DNA from: an uncultured delta proteobacterium
GTDB taxonomy: Bacteria > Desulfobacterota > Binatia > UBA9968
Length of the DNA stretch: 43,220 bases
Reading direction: 5' to 3'
Assembly (NCBI GenBank): GCA_963745035.1
Contig: CAVUVW010000007.1
Coordinates: 1 to 43,220, forward strand
Shown here: positions 9,735 through 20,205 of the stretch, one piece after another
Position numbering within the stretch: the stretch's first letter is position 1
How the letters are laid out: the number at the start of each line of letters is the position of its first letter
Translations under genes and position numbers: made by a program
Notes under the pieces: generated by a model
What the model saw: only the letters and a program-made list of their open reading frames with translations
The model's database searches: none
What the model was told of the DNA's origin: nothing

Positions 9735-10492
9735 ATGAACTATACCCTTCGCGAGCTGATGGTCGCGGCGGCCGCGCGCGAGATTCGCGACGGCGACAAA
9801 GTGTTCGTCGGCATGCGCCTGCCGCTGCTCGGCTTCGCCGTCGCCAAGGAAACCCACGCGCCGAGCGCCATCGGCATTTTCGAAAACGGCGTGATTCGCG
9901 ACTGGCCGGCGCTGGAATCGATCTTCACCATGAGCGATCCGCCCAACGTCGCTCGCGCGCTTTACTGTGGCGGTCTCAACGACGTGATGAATCTGTTGCA
10001 GACCGGCAGAGTCGACTTCGGTTTCATCGGCGGCGCCGAGATCGACCGTTTTGGCAACTTAAACACACATTGGGTTGAGGAGAACGGCAAACGCATTCGC
10101 TTGCCCGGCAGCGGCGGCGCCGCCGACATCGCGACCATGGCCAAGCGCTGCATCATCATCATGAACCACGAGAAGCGGCGCTTTGCCCGCAATGTTCTCT
10201 TCATCACCTCGCCCGGCTTCGGCCGCGGCGGCAGTTGGCGCGATTGAAAAACGGGCTGTCCGGCGGCGGCCCAAGCAAAGTGATCACCAGCATGGGAATC
10301 TTCTCCTTCGATCCGGCAAGCGGCGAAATGGTGCTCAGCTCCCACCATCCGGGCGTCACCGTCGAGCAAGTGAAGAAGGAAACCGGCTGGCCGCTCAAGA
10401 TCGCCGAAAGCGCCGGCGAAACTGCGCCGCCAAGCGAACGGGAAATAGCCGCGCTGCGAAAGTACGATCCACGAAGAATCTGGACGGCGTGA
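9735..10492 (+). CDS. CoA-transferase subunit B, one frameshift near 10245
   Basis: FVGMRLP, FENG catalytic Glu, GGAEIDRFGNLN, LPGSGGA; C-terminus HPGVTVEQVKKETGW in ORF 10235..10492. Confidence 0.85.
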
Positions 10493-10516
10493 CCAGCGGC
10501 GCGCTCGCGGCGTTTC

Positions 10517-11029
10517 TCAGCCTTCGACTTTCGCCGAGTTGATCGTCACAGCTTCGACCGGCACGTCCTGGTGCTGGCCTTTGTTGCCGGTTTTAACCTT
10601 TTCGATGCTCTGCACCACATCCATCCCTTCGATCACGTGGCCAAATACCGCATAGCCAAACTCCGCCGGCGCCGCGCTGCGATGATTGAGAAAGTCGTTG
10701 TCCTTTACATTGATAAAAAACTGCGAGGTCGCGCTGTCGACGACGTTGGTGCGCGCCATGGCGATGGTTCCGACGTTGTTCTTCAGGCCATTCGCGGCTT
10801 CGTTCTTGATCGGCGCGCTGTTCTTTTTCTCCTTCATCTGCGCGTCCATGCCGCCGCCTTGGATCATGAAGCCCGGAATCACCCGATGGAAAATCAAGCC
10901 GTCGTAATGTCCCTCGCTCACGTAATCGAGAAAATTCTTCGTCGTGATCGGCGCTTTCTCGGCGTCGAGCTCGATGCGAATATTGCCTTTGTTCGTCGTC
11001 ATCAGCACCACTGGATTTTTTTCCGCCAT
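10517..11029 (-). CDS. Cyclophilin-type peptidyl-prolyl cis-trans isomerase (PpiA/PpiB family)
   Basis: [34 protein letters not shown]. Confidence 0.95.
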   Translation of the reverse strand: MAEKNPVVLMTTNKGNIRIELDAEKAPITTKNFLDYVSEGHYDGLIFHRVIPGFMIQGGGMDAQMKEKKNSAPIKNEAANGLKNNVGTIAMARTNVVDSATSQFFINVKDNDFLNHRSAAPAEFGYAVFGHVIEGMDVVQSIEKVKTGNKGQHQDVPVEAVTINSAKVEG

Positions 11030-11163
11030 TCTTGCCTCCTGAAGATGATGAGTCAGCATTAGCATCTTTTTTGGCAAAGCGATACGGGGTGGAATTATCG
11101 CACGCTGTTGCGATATGGATACGAGACAATCGAGCCAATTCACGTATTCCGAAAGGAGAGCCT

Positions 11164-12127
11164 ATGCCAAGCGATAAAAAAATCGAAGGTATTTTGATGC
11201 CCATGCCGGTGGCGTTCAAGCAAGACGGCGCCATCGATCATGCCGGGACGGACGCGATCATCGATTTTTATCTGGACTCCGGCGTGCATGGATTTTTTCC
11301 CCTGGGCACCCACGGCCAAGGCATGGTGATGGAAATCGACGAGCGCAAGAAAGTCGCCGAGCAGATCGTCAAGCGCGTGCGCGGCCGCGTTCCGGTCGTG
11401 ATGCACATCGGCACGGCGAACACGCTCTCGTCCATCGAACTCGCCAAGCATGCCGTGAGCCTCGGCGTCGATGCCGTAGGCGTCGTGCCGCCCTACTATT
11501 ATCCCCACGACGATTGGGAAGTCTACGCCCATTACAAAGCGATCGCGAAGTCCGTTCCGGGCACGCCCATGTTCATTTACGACAACACGGAAACCACCTG
11601 GGTCGAGATCACTCCGGCCAAAGCCAACAAAATCATCGAAGCGATCGCGCCGAATCCGTCTGGTCGGGATCAAAGTTTCCTTCATCGCCTACGACAAACT
11701 GTTGGGATACGTCTACCAACTGCCGAAGTCGACCGGCGTTTTTCCCGGCGGAATTTTTTCTCTCTATACCGGATACTCCGTCGGCGTGCGCGGCGCGATT
11801 CATCCGCCCTCAACGCCCTTTCCCGAAGCTTGTGTAAAAATGTACGAGGCGCTCAAGGCCGGCGATTTGAAGGCGGCGCAAAAGGAGCATGATCTGTTGA
11901 CCAGGCTCATGCAGGTCGTCGGCAAGTATCTACGCACCCACGGACGCGGCGTGTTCTGCGAGCTCATGAAACTGCGCGGCTTGCCGGTGGAGCGTTTCCC
12001 GCGCTGGGAAACGCCGCCGTTCACCGAAAAAGACAAGGCGGACCTCAAGGAAGGTCTGGTGAATGCCGGCTTCAAACTCATAACCACGCAGTCTCCGAGC
12101 CCATGGGAATCGATCCAAAGCCACTGA
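11164..12127 (+). CDS. DapA/NanA-family class I aldolase, one frameshift near 11660
   Basis: LGTHGQ (variant of GTTGE), PPYYY, IYDN; Schiff-base Lys RLVGIKVS read in the second frame. Confidence 0.8.
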
Positions 12128-12904
12128 CATTGGAAATCGGTAAAAAGCTTTCTCCTGCCGAGGCGAAAGCTTTTACCGACGAGATCAAACGGCGCATGTA
12201 CGCGCGCTGGAACGAGCGAAGTTTTCGGCGGCGCGTTCATGCGCGATCTCGAAGCGGGCAAGCTGCCCTTTGAAACCATCAAATTATTCTGGCGCCACTG
12301 GTACAGCTATCCGGTGGAAGTGAATAATTTTCACCTGATCATCTACCAGCGCCACCAGGGAATCTTCGCGCGCCATCGCGACTTGCTCGCGCCCTATGTC
12401 GGCAAGATCAGCGACGAGCTGGTGAACCCGAGCATTCCCGGACATATCCAAATTTTAATCAAACAAGGCGAAGCCTTCGGCGTTTCGGCCGAGGAGATGA
12501 TCAACTGCGAAGTCCTCGCCGAATGCCGCGCGCTCACCGAATTCGCCCGCGGGCTGGTTTACGAAGGCAGCATGATCGAATGGTGGGCGCGCTCGCTCAA
12601 CGAGGAGATGTTCGGCCACTGGGCCAAACGCTGGCGCGAGGCGCTGCTCGACAAGTACAAGATCCGCGACGCCGATCTGCACTATTTCCAGGTCCACGAG
12701 GAAGCCGATCTGCACGAGCACCTGGACGGCCTGATGGCCCACGGAGAAGTTGCGCGAATCGTCTTCGAGCGGCTGCTGCAGGACGGCAATACCTGGTATC
12801 GCCCCGGCTGGGGACCGGAATATTGCTGCCTCACCAACGCCGATTACGTCGCGCTGTTTCACGAAGGCATCTATCGACACGCCCGAGAACTGAAGCACTT
12901 TTAG
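12103..12904 (+). CDS. Heme-oxygenase-like dimetal protein (CADD/PqqC/TenA fold), probable frameshift near 12220
   Basis: DELVNPSIPGH, NEEM, YFQVHEEADLHEH spacing of Glu/His ligands; N-terminus MGIDPKPL.. in another frame. Confidence 0.65.
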
Positions 12905-12915
12905 AGACCAAGTTT

Positions 12916-12996
12916 ACCACGAAGAGCACGAAGGTCACGAAGTATGGAATGCAGAAACAATATTGTTTCCTTCGTGTGCTTCGTGTCCTTCGTGGT
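12916..12996. repeat. Palindromic 9-bp microsatellite (CACGAAGNN)3 / (CTTCGTGNN)3
   Basis: ACCACGAAGAGCACGAAGGTCACGAAG mirrored by CTTCGTGTGCTTCGTGTCCTTCGTGGT. Confidence 0.75.
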
Positions 12997-13018
12997 GATC
13001 TGAAGGGATTACACACAC

Positions 13019-14467
13019 ATGCCATTCAACGATCTCCGGGAATTCATCGAAGCTGCCCGCAAACTCGATCAGGTCAAGGAAATCCACGGCGCCCACTGGC
13101 ATCTGGAGATCGGCGCGCTGACCGAGCTGTTCGCCTTTAAAGAACCTTCGCCGCTGCTGCTCTTCGATCGCATCCCCGATCATCCCGCCAACTTCCGCGT
13201 CGCCGCCAATCTGCTCAACACGCCGGCGCGCTCGGGTCTCACGGTCGGCATGCCGACGGACGCGGCGCCGATGGAGTTGATCGCCCGCTGGAAAGAAATT
13301 CTCAAAGGCGTGAAGCCGGTGCCGCCCCGAGTCGTCCGCGACGGGCCGATTCTGGAAAACGTCAAGAGCGGCGACGAAATCGACATGACGCTCTTTCCGA
13401 CGCCGCACTGGCACGAGCTCGACGGCGGGCGCTACATCGGCACCGCCGACTGCGTGATCACCGGCGAGCCCGAGGAAGGCGGTTGGGTCAACATGGGGAT
13501 CTATCGCGTCCAGGTGCACGATAAGAATACCCTGGGACTCTACGTCTCGCCCGGACACCATGCCCGGATCATGCGCGAAAAGTATTGGGAGAAAGGCCGG
13601 AACTGTCCGGTGGTCGTCACCTTCGGCCAAGACCCGCTGCTGTTTCTGGTCGCCGGGCAATCGATGCCCTACGGCATGTCCGAGCTCGACTACGGCGGCG
13701 GACTCCGCGGCGCGCCCATCGACGTCATCCGCGGCGAATTGACCGGCCTGCCGATCCCCGCTACGGCGGAGATCGCCATCGAAGGCGAAGTCCCGCCGCC
13801 GAAAGATCAGGTGCACGTGGAGGGCCCGTTCGGCGAATGGCCGGGCTACTACGCGCACGGCGCGGCCAATGAGCCGGTCATACGGGTGAAGCGGGTCTAC
13901 TATCGCAACGATCCGATTCTTTGCGGCGCGCCGCCGCTAAAGCCGCCATTCATCACTTTCGGCGTGCCGATCGGCGCCGCGGCGATCTGGAATTATCTCG
14001 AGAAAGCCGACGTGCCGGATATCAAGGGCGTGTGGTGCTACGTGGGCGGCTCGGCGCCCGGCGGAGGCGCGCCGTTTATCGTCGTGTCCTTGAAGCAGCG
14101 CTATCACGGCCATTCCCAACAGGCCGGCATCGCCGCGCTCGGCTCGCGCGCGGGAAATTATCACGGCCGCTTCGTCATCGTCGTCGACGAAGACATCGAT
14201 CCGTCGGATCTGAAAGAAGTGATCTGGGCGGTGGCGACCCGCTGCGATCCCAAGACCGCCATGACCGTCATCGACGGCTGCTGGAGCACACCCCTCGACC
14301 CGGCCATGCACCCCGACCAGCGCGACGCCGGCAACTTCATCAACAGCCGCGCGATTCTCAACGCCTGCCGCCCTTACGCCTGGCGTGATCGTTTTCCCCC
14401 GGTCAATGCCTTGAGCCCCGAGCTGAAGCAGAGAATCAGCGAAAAGTGGAAGAAAGAGCTCGCTTGA
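13019..14467 (+). CDS. UbiD-family (prFMN-dependent) decarboxylase 1
   Basis: DLREFI, DGGRYI, NMGIYR, EGPFGEWPGYY, VVDEDIDP, WAVATRCDP. Confidence 0.92.
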   Translation: MPFNDLREFIEAARKLDQVKEIHGAHWHLEIGALTELFAFKEPSPLLLFDRIPDHPANFRVAANLLNTPARSGLTVGMPTDAAPMELIARWKEILKGVKPVPPRVVRDGPILENVKSGDEIDMTLFPTPHWHELDGGRYIGTADCVITGEPEEGGWVNMGIYRVQVHDKNTLGLYVSPGHHARIMREKYWEKGRNCPVVVTFGQDPLLFLVAGQSMPYGMSELDYGGGLRGAPIDVIRGELTGLPIPATAEIAIEGEVPPPKDQVHVEGPFGEWPGYYAHGAANEPVIRVKRVYYRNDPILCGAPPLKPPFITFGVPIGAAAIWNYLEKADVPDIKGVWCYVGGSAPGGGAPFIVVSLKQRYHGHSQQAGIAALGSRAGNYHGRFVIVVDEDIDPSDLKEVIWAVATRCDPKTAMTVIDGCWSTPLDPAMHPDQRDAGNFINSRAILNACRPYAWRDRFPPVNALSPELKQRISEKWKKELA

Positions 14468-14615
14468 CGGAGGCTTCCGGGCTCTTCCCGTAATCTGAAG
14501 CCGGATTTCCCGGCGCCGCGGGAAGAATTCGAATCCGGCTCCCGCGACGCCTGGATCGTCGTCGAAGACAGCGCTTGTGATTCTTGAGATGAGGGTCGCT
14601 ATCGCACGCCGGGCT

Positions 14616-15032
14616 TTACAAGCCGGCGCGCGAGCGCGCCGCTGAACTCGATCTCAGTCTGGGCTGCGTCCTGAATTTTTTGATCAACGGGCGCTGAAAC
14701 TGCTCGCCGCGCTGCAGCGATTTGGCGCTCATTTTGGCTTGCACGCCGCGGCGCAGGTAGCTCGGATCAAAGTTGAGAATCTCGCACACGCTCAGGAACG
14801 AGAACGCCTCCCGGTCGTCCTGATCGAAAATCCATTCGCGCGCCTCGTTGAAAAGCTTGGCGCGCAGGGGAATCGGCTCGTCGCAGTATTTCAAAATGCA
14901 CTCGATCGCGTCGGCGAGTATGGCCAGCATCAACTCCTGCTCGGGCGCGAGATGGCTCGAGCGGCTGAAAATCTCGAGATACTGATCCGGCGCGATCACG
15001 TCGCCTTCAAAAAGTCGTCCGGAATTTTCCAT
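14616..15032 (-). CDS. Hypothetical protein (helical, PEQELMLAILADAIEC motif)
   Basis: 138-aa ORF with GAGAGG RBS; protein-like composition. Confidence 0.7.
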   Translation of the reverse strand: MENSGRLFEGDVIAPDQYLEIFSRSSHLAPEQELMLAILADAIECILKYCDEPIPLRAKLFNEAREWIFDQDDREAFSFLSVCEILNFDPSYLRRGVQAKMSAKSLQRGEQFQRPLIKKFRTQPRLRSSSAARSRAGL

Positions 15033-15201
15033 TGCTACCTCTCAGAGTTTGGAATGGCTATGCAAACGTCAGTTCCGGGAAAACCGCTTTTGCGCGGAGC
15101 GAAAGCGCGATCGACGATTGCTTGGTAGAAATATCGAACGGGAACCATGCCGCGCGGTCAGGGCAGGCACGTTCCGAAGGAAAAACCCAGGGAAGCGGTT
15201 G

Positions 15202-15543
15202 CTAAATCCGGAAGACTTCCTGAAAGCGGAAAATATCCTGGCTCGCCGGTCGAGCTTGGGGCGCGTGCGCGCAGAGGATCAGCGCCGGAGGCGTAAATTT
15301 AATCCTCCGCACCTTCGCGCCGAGCATAAACTTGCCGGTAACCTTATCGCGCGAGGACCAGTTGATGGCGCGAGCGGGATGCGATGTGTCGCTGAAGTCG
15401 TCCAGCGAGTCGAGCGAGAAGTACGATGTCTCGATATTCAGGGTGAAGGTAAAATTCTTTTTTGTGGCGTCGGCGTAGGCACCGAAGGCGGATACACCGA
15501 CCAACACGGCGCACAACAGAACTCCCAACAAACGCCGACTCAT
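15202..15543 (-). CDS. Hypothetical exported protein
   Basis: N-terminal signal-like MSRRLLGVLLCAVLVGVSAFGA. Confidence 0.5.
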   Translation of the reverse strand: MSRRLLGVLLCAVLVGVSAFGAYADATKKNFTFTLNIETSYFSLDSLDDFSDTSHPARAINWSSRDKVTGKFMLGAKVRRIKFTPPALILCAHAPQARPASQDIFRFQEVFRI

Positions 15544-15650
15544 AGTGTCGATCCTATGCGCTGGCCGGCCGTTTGTCAATAATTTACTGCGTTAAGCCAA
15601 GGACTGCCGGGATCTTACATCGAGTGCCTTGGGCGCGATAGATCGCAATC

Positions 15651-15714
15651 AGTTGCGAATTTCGGGTTTAGAGTTTCGAGTTAACCCGAAACACGAGACC
15701 CGAGACGCGAAACT
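15651..15714. repeat. Palindromic 7-bp microsatellite, second copy
   Basis: Same heptamer family as 9664, also centred on GTTAAC, directly after permease stop. Confidence 0.75.
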
Positions 15715-15716
15715 AT

Positions 15717-17462
15717 TTACTCCCGCACTCCCACCTGCCCGCCGAGCGCGCGGGCGATGAGCGCGGCGCCCACCACGAGGCCGACGATGATCACGGCGAC
15801 GACGGTGGCCTTTTCGAACTCCGCGCCGGCGGCGAAGTCGAGCATCAAGAGCGACAGCGTACGCGACTTTCCGGAGCCCAGCAGCACCACCGTGCTGATA
15901 TCCCGGGCGGCCGAGATAAACCCGACCAACCCCACAGTTATAAGCGCGGGCATGGCCAGGGGAAGAATCACGCGCCGGAAGGTGTGCAGCCAGGTGGCGC
16001 CGCAGACTTTGGACGCCTCTTCCAGATCGCTGCCGAGCTGGATCAAAACGCTTTTGATCATCTGGGTGCCGAAGGGCATGCTCTTGATCACCATGGCGAT
16101 CATCAAGAGATAGATGGTGCCGTAGATCGGCAGAAAAATTCTCGTCTGGAGAAACGTCCAGAGCAGCGCCACGCCGAGGAGGATGCCCGGAATCGACCAG
16201 GGCAGCCAGGAAAGAAAATCGAGCAGCCAGCGGCCGGCGTGCCTGGTTTTGACGATCATGTAGGCGATCAGGGCGTAGAACAACACGCCGACTAGCCCTG
16301 AACCGAGGCCGATCGCCAAAGTGTTCCCCAGCGAGCGCAGCAGGACGGAATCACTCAAGGTCGCCCGCCAGTTTTCCAAGGTCCAGGGCTCGGCGATGTT
16401 GAAAAACCCGAAGAGCTTCATGAACGTTCCCATCAGCAGCAACGCCGTCGGTACGATGGTCACCGCCAGAGCGAAGAGCAAAACCAGCACAAACGCTGGA
16501 TAGCGCCAGCGGCCGAGCGGCGTGGCGCGAACGCTGAAGCCCCGGCCGCTGATCGTCTCATAGCTGCGCTGGCCGATATAGCGCCGCTGGAGCGCCACCA
16601 TCAGCAGCAGCACGCCGAGAAACACCGTGCTCAGCGCCATCGCGGGAGCGAACTGCGGCGGCTCCCAGGTGACCAGCTCGTGGATTTTTGTCGAGTAGAC
16701 CTGCAAGCCGATCGGCGTGCCGAGTAGCAGCTCGATCTCGAAGGCCTCGAGGGAGCGAATGATGCCGAGAATCGTCGTGACCAAAATTGCCGGCATCATC
16801 ACCGGGATGACGATGTGAAAGAAGGTGTGCCAGCCGCTGGCGCCGGAAATTTTCGACGCTTCCTCGAACGCCGCGTCGAGATTGCGAAAGGCCGGCGCGA
16901 GCAGCATAACTTTGACGCTCACGCTGCCGCCAAGGTGAGCCCAGACGATGCCCCAGAACGAATAGATATTGAACAGCGGCTGGCTAAGCCCCAGGCCCAT
17001 CAAGCCTTGATTCAAAAGACCGTACTTCGGGTCGAGCAGCAGGATCCAACCCATGGTCTCCGGCAAAGCCGGCAGGAAAAACGAGAGCCAGAAAAAAAAC
17101 TCCAAGGTCCCTTTCATCGGAATATCGGTGCGCGCGATCAGCCAGGCAAAAAAGGCTCCGATCAAGAGCGCAATGGCCTGGCGGGTGATCGCCAAGGTAA
17201 ACGTGTTGGTCATCGCCTTGACGATACCCGGCGTGGTGAACGCCTTCACCCACCCTTCCAGGCCCCACACGATCGCCTGGCCGGGGCGAGCGGTCTGAAA
17301 ACTGTTGAGGATCATCAGAAACAACGGCGTCAGCACGAGGAAGCCGACGACGACGAGGAGCACGATCATCGGCAACGACGGCATCGGCGGCGAGCGCCAT
17401 GAGAACCACGACGGTCGGTCGTAGGTCCCTACGCGCTCCATCGCCTCCAACTTGTCGCTCAT
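15717..17462 (-). CDS. Fe3+/thiamine-type ABC transporter permease (FbpB-like, duplicated TM domain)
   Basis: Two EAA loops (EEASKISGAS, EEASKVCGAT); many TM segments. Confidence 0.92.
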   Translation of the reverse strand: MSDKLEAMERVGTYDRPSWFSWRSPPMPSLPMIVLLVVVGFLVLTPLFLMILNSFQTARPGQAIVWGLEGWVKAFTTPGIVKAMTNTFTLAITRQAIALLIGAFFAWLIARTDIPMKGTLEFFFWLSFFLPALPETMGWILLLDPKYGLLNQGLMGLGLSQPLFNIYSFWGIVWAHLGGSVSVKVMLLAPAFRNLDAAFEEASKISGASGWHTFFHIVIPVMMPAILVTTILGIIRSLEAFEIELLLGTPIGLQVYSTKIHELVTWEPPQFAPAMALSTVFLGVLLLMVALQRRYIGQRSYETISGRGFSVRATPLGRWRYPAFVLVLLFALAVTIVPTALLLMGTFMKLFGFFNIAEPWTLENWRATLSDSVLLRSLGNTLAIGLGSGLVGVLFYALIAYMIVKTRHAGRWLLDFLSWLPWSIPGILLGVALLWTFLQTRIFLPIYGTIYLLMIAMVIKSMPFGTQMIKSVLIQLGSDLEEASKVCGATWLHTFRRVILPLAMPALITVGLVGFISAARDISTVVLLGSGKSRTLSLLMLDFAAGAEFEKATVVAVIIVGLVVGAALIARALGGQVGVRE

Positions 17463-17489
17463 CGCTTTCGTTCCCTGGCCCGCGATCGG

Positions 17490-18636
17490 TTAGTCGTCGT
17501 TGGCCGCGGCTTCATAATTCGAGTTCGGTGCGATGCCTTTGCCGGCGAGCTCGCTTTCGTAGGTGCGCCGGATCGCCGGATCCTCGTCGTCGTACTCGAT
17601 CAAGGTCCCGCCCTGATTGACCGAAGTGTAAACGCCGGCGCGAATGGCCGCCACGCGAATGCCGAGAGGGAACTTCTGGCTGCCGCAGCGCAGCGCGAGC
17701 TGCAACGCCGGCTCCGCGCCGGTGTTGAAATGCTGGTGGAACCAATTGGTCGGCGGGCTAAACACGCTTCCGGGCATCCAATCCACCCGCACCACCTCGT
17801 CGCCAAAGCCGTTTTCGTACGGCCGGGTGCCCAAATGATTGGGCCACATCAGCGAATAGCCTTCCGAGCGCAGCACCACCAGCACCGCGCCACCGCCGTG
17901 GAAATGGGCTTTGTGGTAGCGCCCCACCGGCCATTCGGCGAGATGGCCGATCAGCGTATTGTTGGAAATTTCGAACTGGGTGATGTTCACCCCCGCGCCC
18001 TTTTGCTCCTGCGCGTCGATGACCGCCCGGCGCGCGTCGGGAATGAAATTGGTCTCCCAGATCCACTGCCGGTTGTTCGATGCCAGATAGCGCTCGTTGC
18101 CGGGCTCGAAATAATTTTGCTCGCCGTCGTAGCGCTCGTTGAAGACAAAATCGCTGTTAAAGACGAACCGCTCGTTGTGATAATTATCGAGCGCCATCGG
18201 GCGCGGTGGTCACCGCCAGATAGAGCGCCGGCTCCGTGCCATAATTCATCAAGCGATGCAGCGTGTTCATGGGCGGAGAGAACAAGCTGCCGGGACGCCA
18301 CTGAATATTTTGCGGCACCCGATCGCGCTGCTGGATCTCGGCCACGCCTTCGCCTTGAAGAATGTAGATGACTTTCTCATAAAGATGACGCTCGGGCTCG
18401 GTCGATGCTCCGGGCGCGATCTTACCGACATACACGCCGGTGATCCCTTCCAAACCGCGGAGTTGCAAGTACGCTCCCTCGCCGCCTACCCGGGTCCATG
18501 GCTTGAGTGAGAGATCTCTCACGTCTGTCACGCCAAAGCCCTCGACGACAGGAATGCCTTCCTTCTCCATCCAGCGCTCGTAGTAGGTCCGCGATCGCGG
18601 CCGCGCCGCGCCGATCTTGACGACTTTAGAATCCAT
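17490..18636 (-). CDS. Bicupin protein 1, one frameshift near 18197
   Basis: ERHLYEKVIYILQGEG..FSPPMNTLHRL and YHKAHFHGGG..WFHQHFN; paralog of 23597..24712. Confidence 0.8.
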
Positions 18637-20095
18637 ATTCGCTCCACCTCTTTTTAAGCTTTTCGGCCATGCCCTCTGAGATCGCGGTGCCCACCGCCGG
18701 ATAGCGATTGCCGCCGTATTGCTCCTGCGGCTCGAGTTGCCAGTTGATCGTCGCGTCGATCAACACGCGCGTCCACGAACCGTGGCCGTACTTGACCGAG
18801 TTGCGGTCTTCGAGCGGCACGCTCGGATCGAGCATCGAGCCGCTCGTGCCGGCGCAGAAGGAAATATCGCCGAGCCCGGCGTTGACCCGATAACAGAGCG
18901 CCCACTCGATCGCTTCCCAATCATGAATATCGATGTCGTCGTCGACGACGATGACATGCTTCGCGGCATAGTTGCCCAAATGACAGCCCCACAGCGCGTT
19001 GGCCACTTGCTGCGCGTGGCCGCGGTGCGATTTGCGGATCTGCACGCGCATCGTCTCCGGCCATTTGCCGCGCCATACGCCGGTGATGTTCGGCACGCCC
19101 GCCTGTTCGAGGTAATGCCAGGCCATCGCCGAAAACGTCGCCGGCGTCCAGGTCGTGCCCTCGTTGGTGCGGCCCGGGCTCGAGCCCGTAAGACAACCGT
19201 GAAAGATTGGATCGCTTCGATGGGTGATCGCTTCCACACGGATCGTGTGTTTGGGCGACTTGCTGCCGCCGTAGTAGCCGGGATACTCGCTGAACGGTCC
19301 TTCCAAAGTGTAGGTGCTCGGGTCGGGCGAGACGAAGCCTTCGAGCACAATCTCAGCGCTCGCCGGCACTAACAAGTCGCTCAATTCGCACTCGACCAAT
19401 TCCACCGGCGCGCCGCGGAGCGAGCCGGCCATTTCATATTCCGGATAATTCACCGGCGTGGAGGCGGCGAGAAACAGCGTCTGGTCCCAGCCGATGACGA
19501 CCGCCACAGGCATCTCCCGCCCGCGGCTTTTGTACTTGCTGAAATGTTTGCCCCAACCCTGGGTCATCGCGAGCAGCACGCCGATGGTGTTCTTTCCCGT
19601 GATCATGCCGCGATAGGTTCCGCCGTTGAGAACTCCGCTATCGGGATCGCGGGTCACAACCGTCGCTGAGGTCATGATGTAGCGGCCGCCGTCGAGCGGA
19701 TTCCATTTCGGCACGGGGAGCTGGAAAAGATCAACCTCGGCGCCGGCGATTTTGTTTTCCTTGACCGGTCCGTTGGCCACCGTCACTGGCTTGACGGGGC
19801 GGGAAAACCGATCTTTGAATATCGGCACCATCTCGCGATACGACGTCGAGTCGGGAACTCTGATAAAGCGGCAAACGCGCTCCCGAGTCCCGGTGCCGTT
19901 GGTGAAAAGGCGACGGCAAAAGGTATTCCGGTGGTCGGTAATATTCTCGAAGAGCAATGCCGGACCGGATCGGCTCGATACTTCCCGCGTGATCGCGCCA
20001 ATCTCCTCGTCCCACTCGATCTGCGCTTGGATGCGCTTGAGGTCTCGCCGCTCGTCCAGATCGTCGATCCACTCGCGCAAATCGTTAAACGCCAC
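18626..20095 (-). CDS. UbiD-family decarboxylase 2
   Basis: GTG start (V)AFNDLREW, DGGRYI, GTYRG, EGPFSEYPGYY, VVDDDIDI. Confidence 0.92.
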   Translation of the reverse strand: MAFNDLREWIDDLDERRDLKRIQAQIEWDEEIGAITREVSSRSGPALLFENITDHRNTFCRRLFTNGTGTRERVCRFIRVPDSTSYREMVPIFKDRFSRPVKPVTVANGPVKENKIAGAEVDLFQLPVPKWNPLDGGRYIMTSATVVTRDPDSGVLNGGTYRGMITGKNTIGVLLAMTQGWGKHFSKYKSRGREMPVAVVIGWDQTLFLAASTPVNYPEYEMAGSLRGAPVELVECELSDLLVPASAEIVLEGFVSPDPSTYTLEGPFSEYPGYYGGSKSPKHTIRVEAITHRSDPIFHGCLTGSSPGRTNEGTTWTPATFSAMAWHYLEQAGVPNITGVWRGKWPETMRVQIRKSHRGHAQQVANALWGCHLGNYAAKHVIVVDDDIDIHDWEAIEWALCYRVNAGLGDISFCAGTSGSMLDPSVPLEDRNSVKYGHGSWTRVLIDATINWQLEPQEQYGGNRYPAVGTAISEGMAEKLKKRWSEYGF

Positions 20096-20114
20096 GGCCG
20101 AAAATTCTCCTCGT

Positions 20115-20200
20115 GATTGGAGTACTGGGAGTATTGGAGTGATGGAGTGATGGGTCTTAAGCCCAATACTCCAACACTCCATGATTCCAATACTCCAATC
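20115..20200. repeat. Palindromic 8-bp microsatellite (TGGAGTAT-like)n / (ATACTCCA-like)n
   Basis: GATTGGAGTA... mirrored by ...TACTCCAATC around CTTAAG. Confidence 0.75.
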
Positions 20201-20205
20201 TTTTG

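Noticed and set aside
15061-15077. sigma54 promoter for 14616..15032 (CGGAACTGACGTTTGCA)
   Set aside because: GG to GC spacing is 11 nt rather than the required 10
12916-20200. CRISPR array interpretation of the short repeats
   Set aside because: Units are 7-9 bp, contiguous and inverted, with no unique spacers and no cas genes
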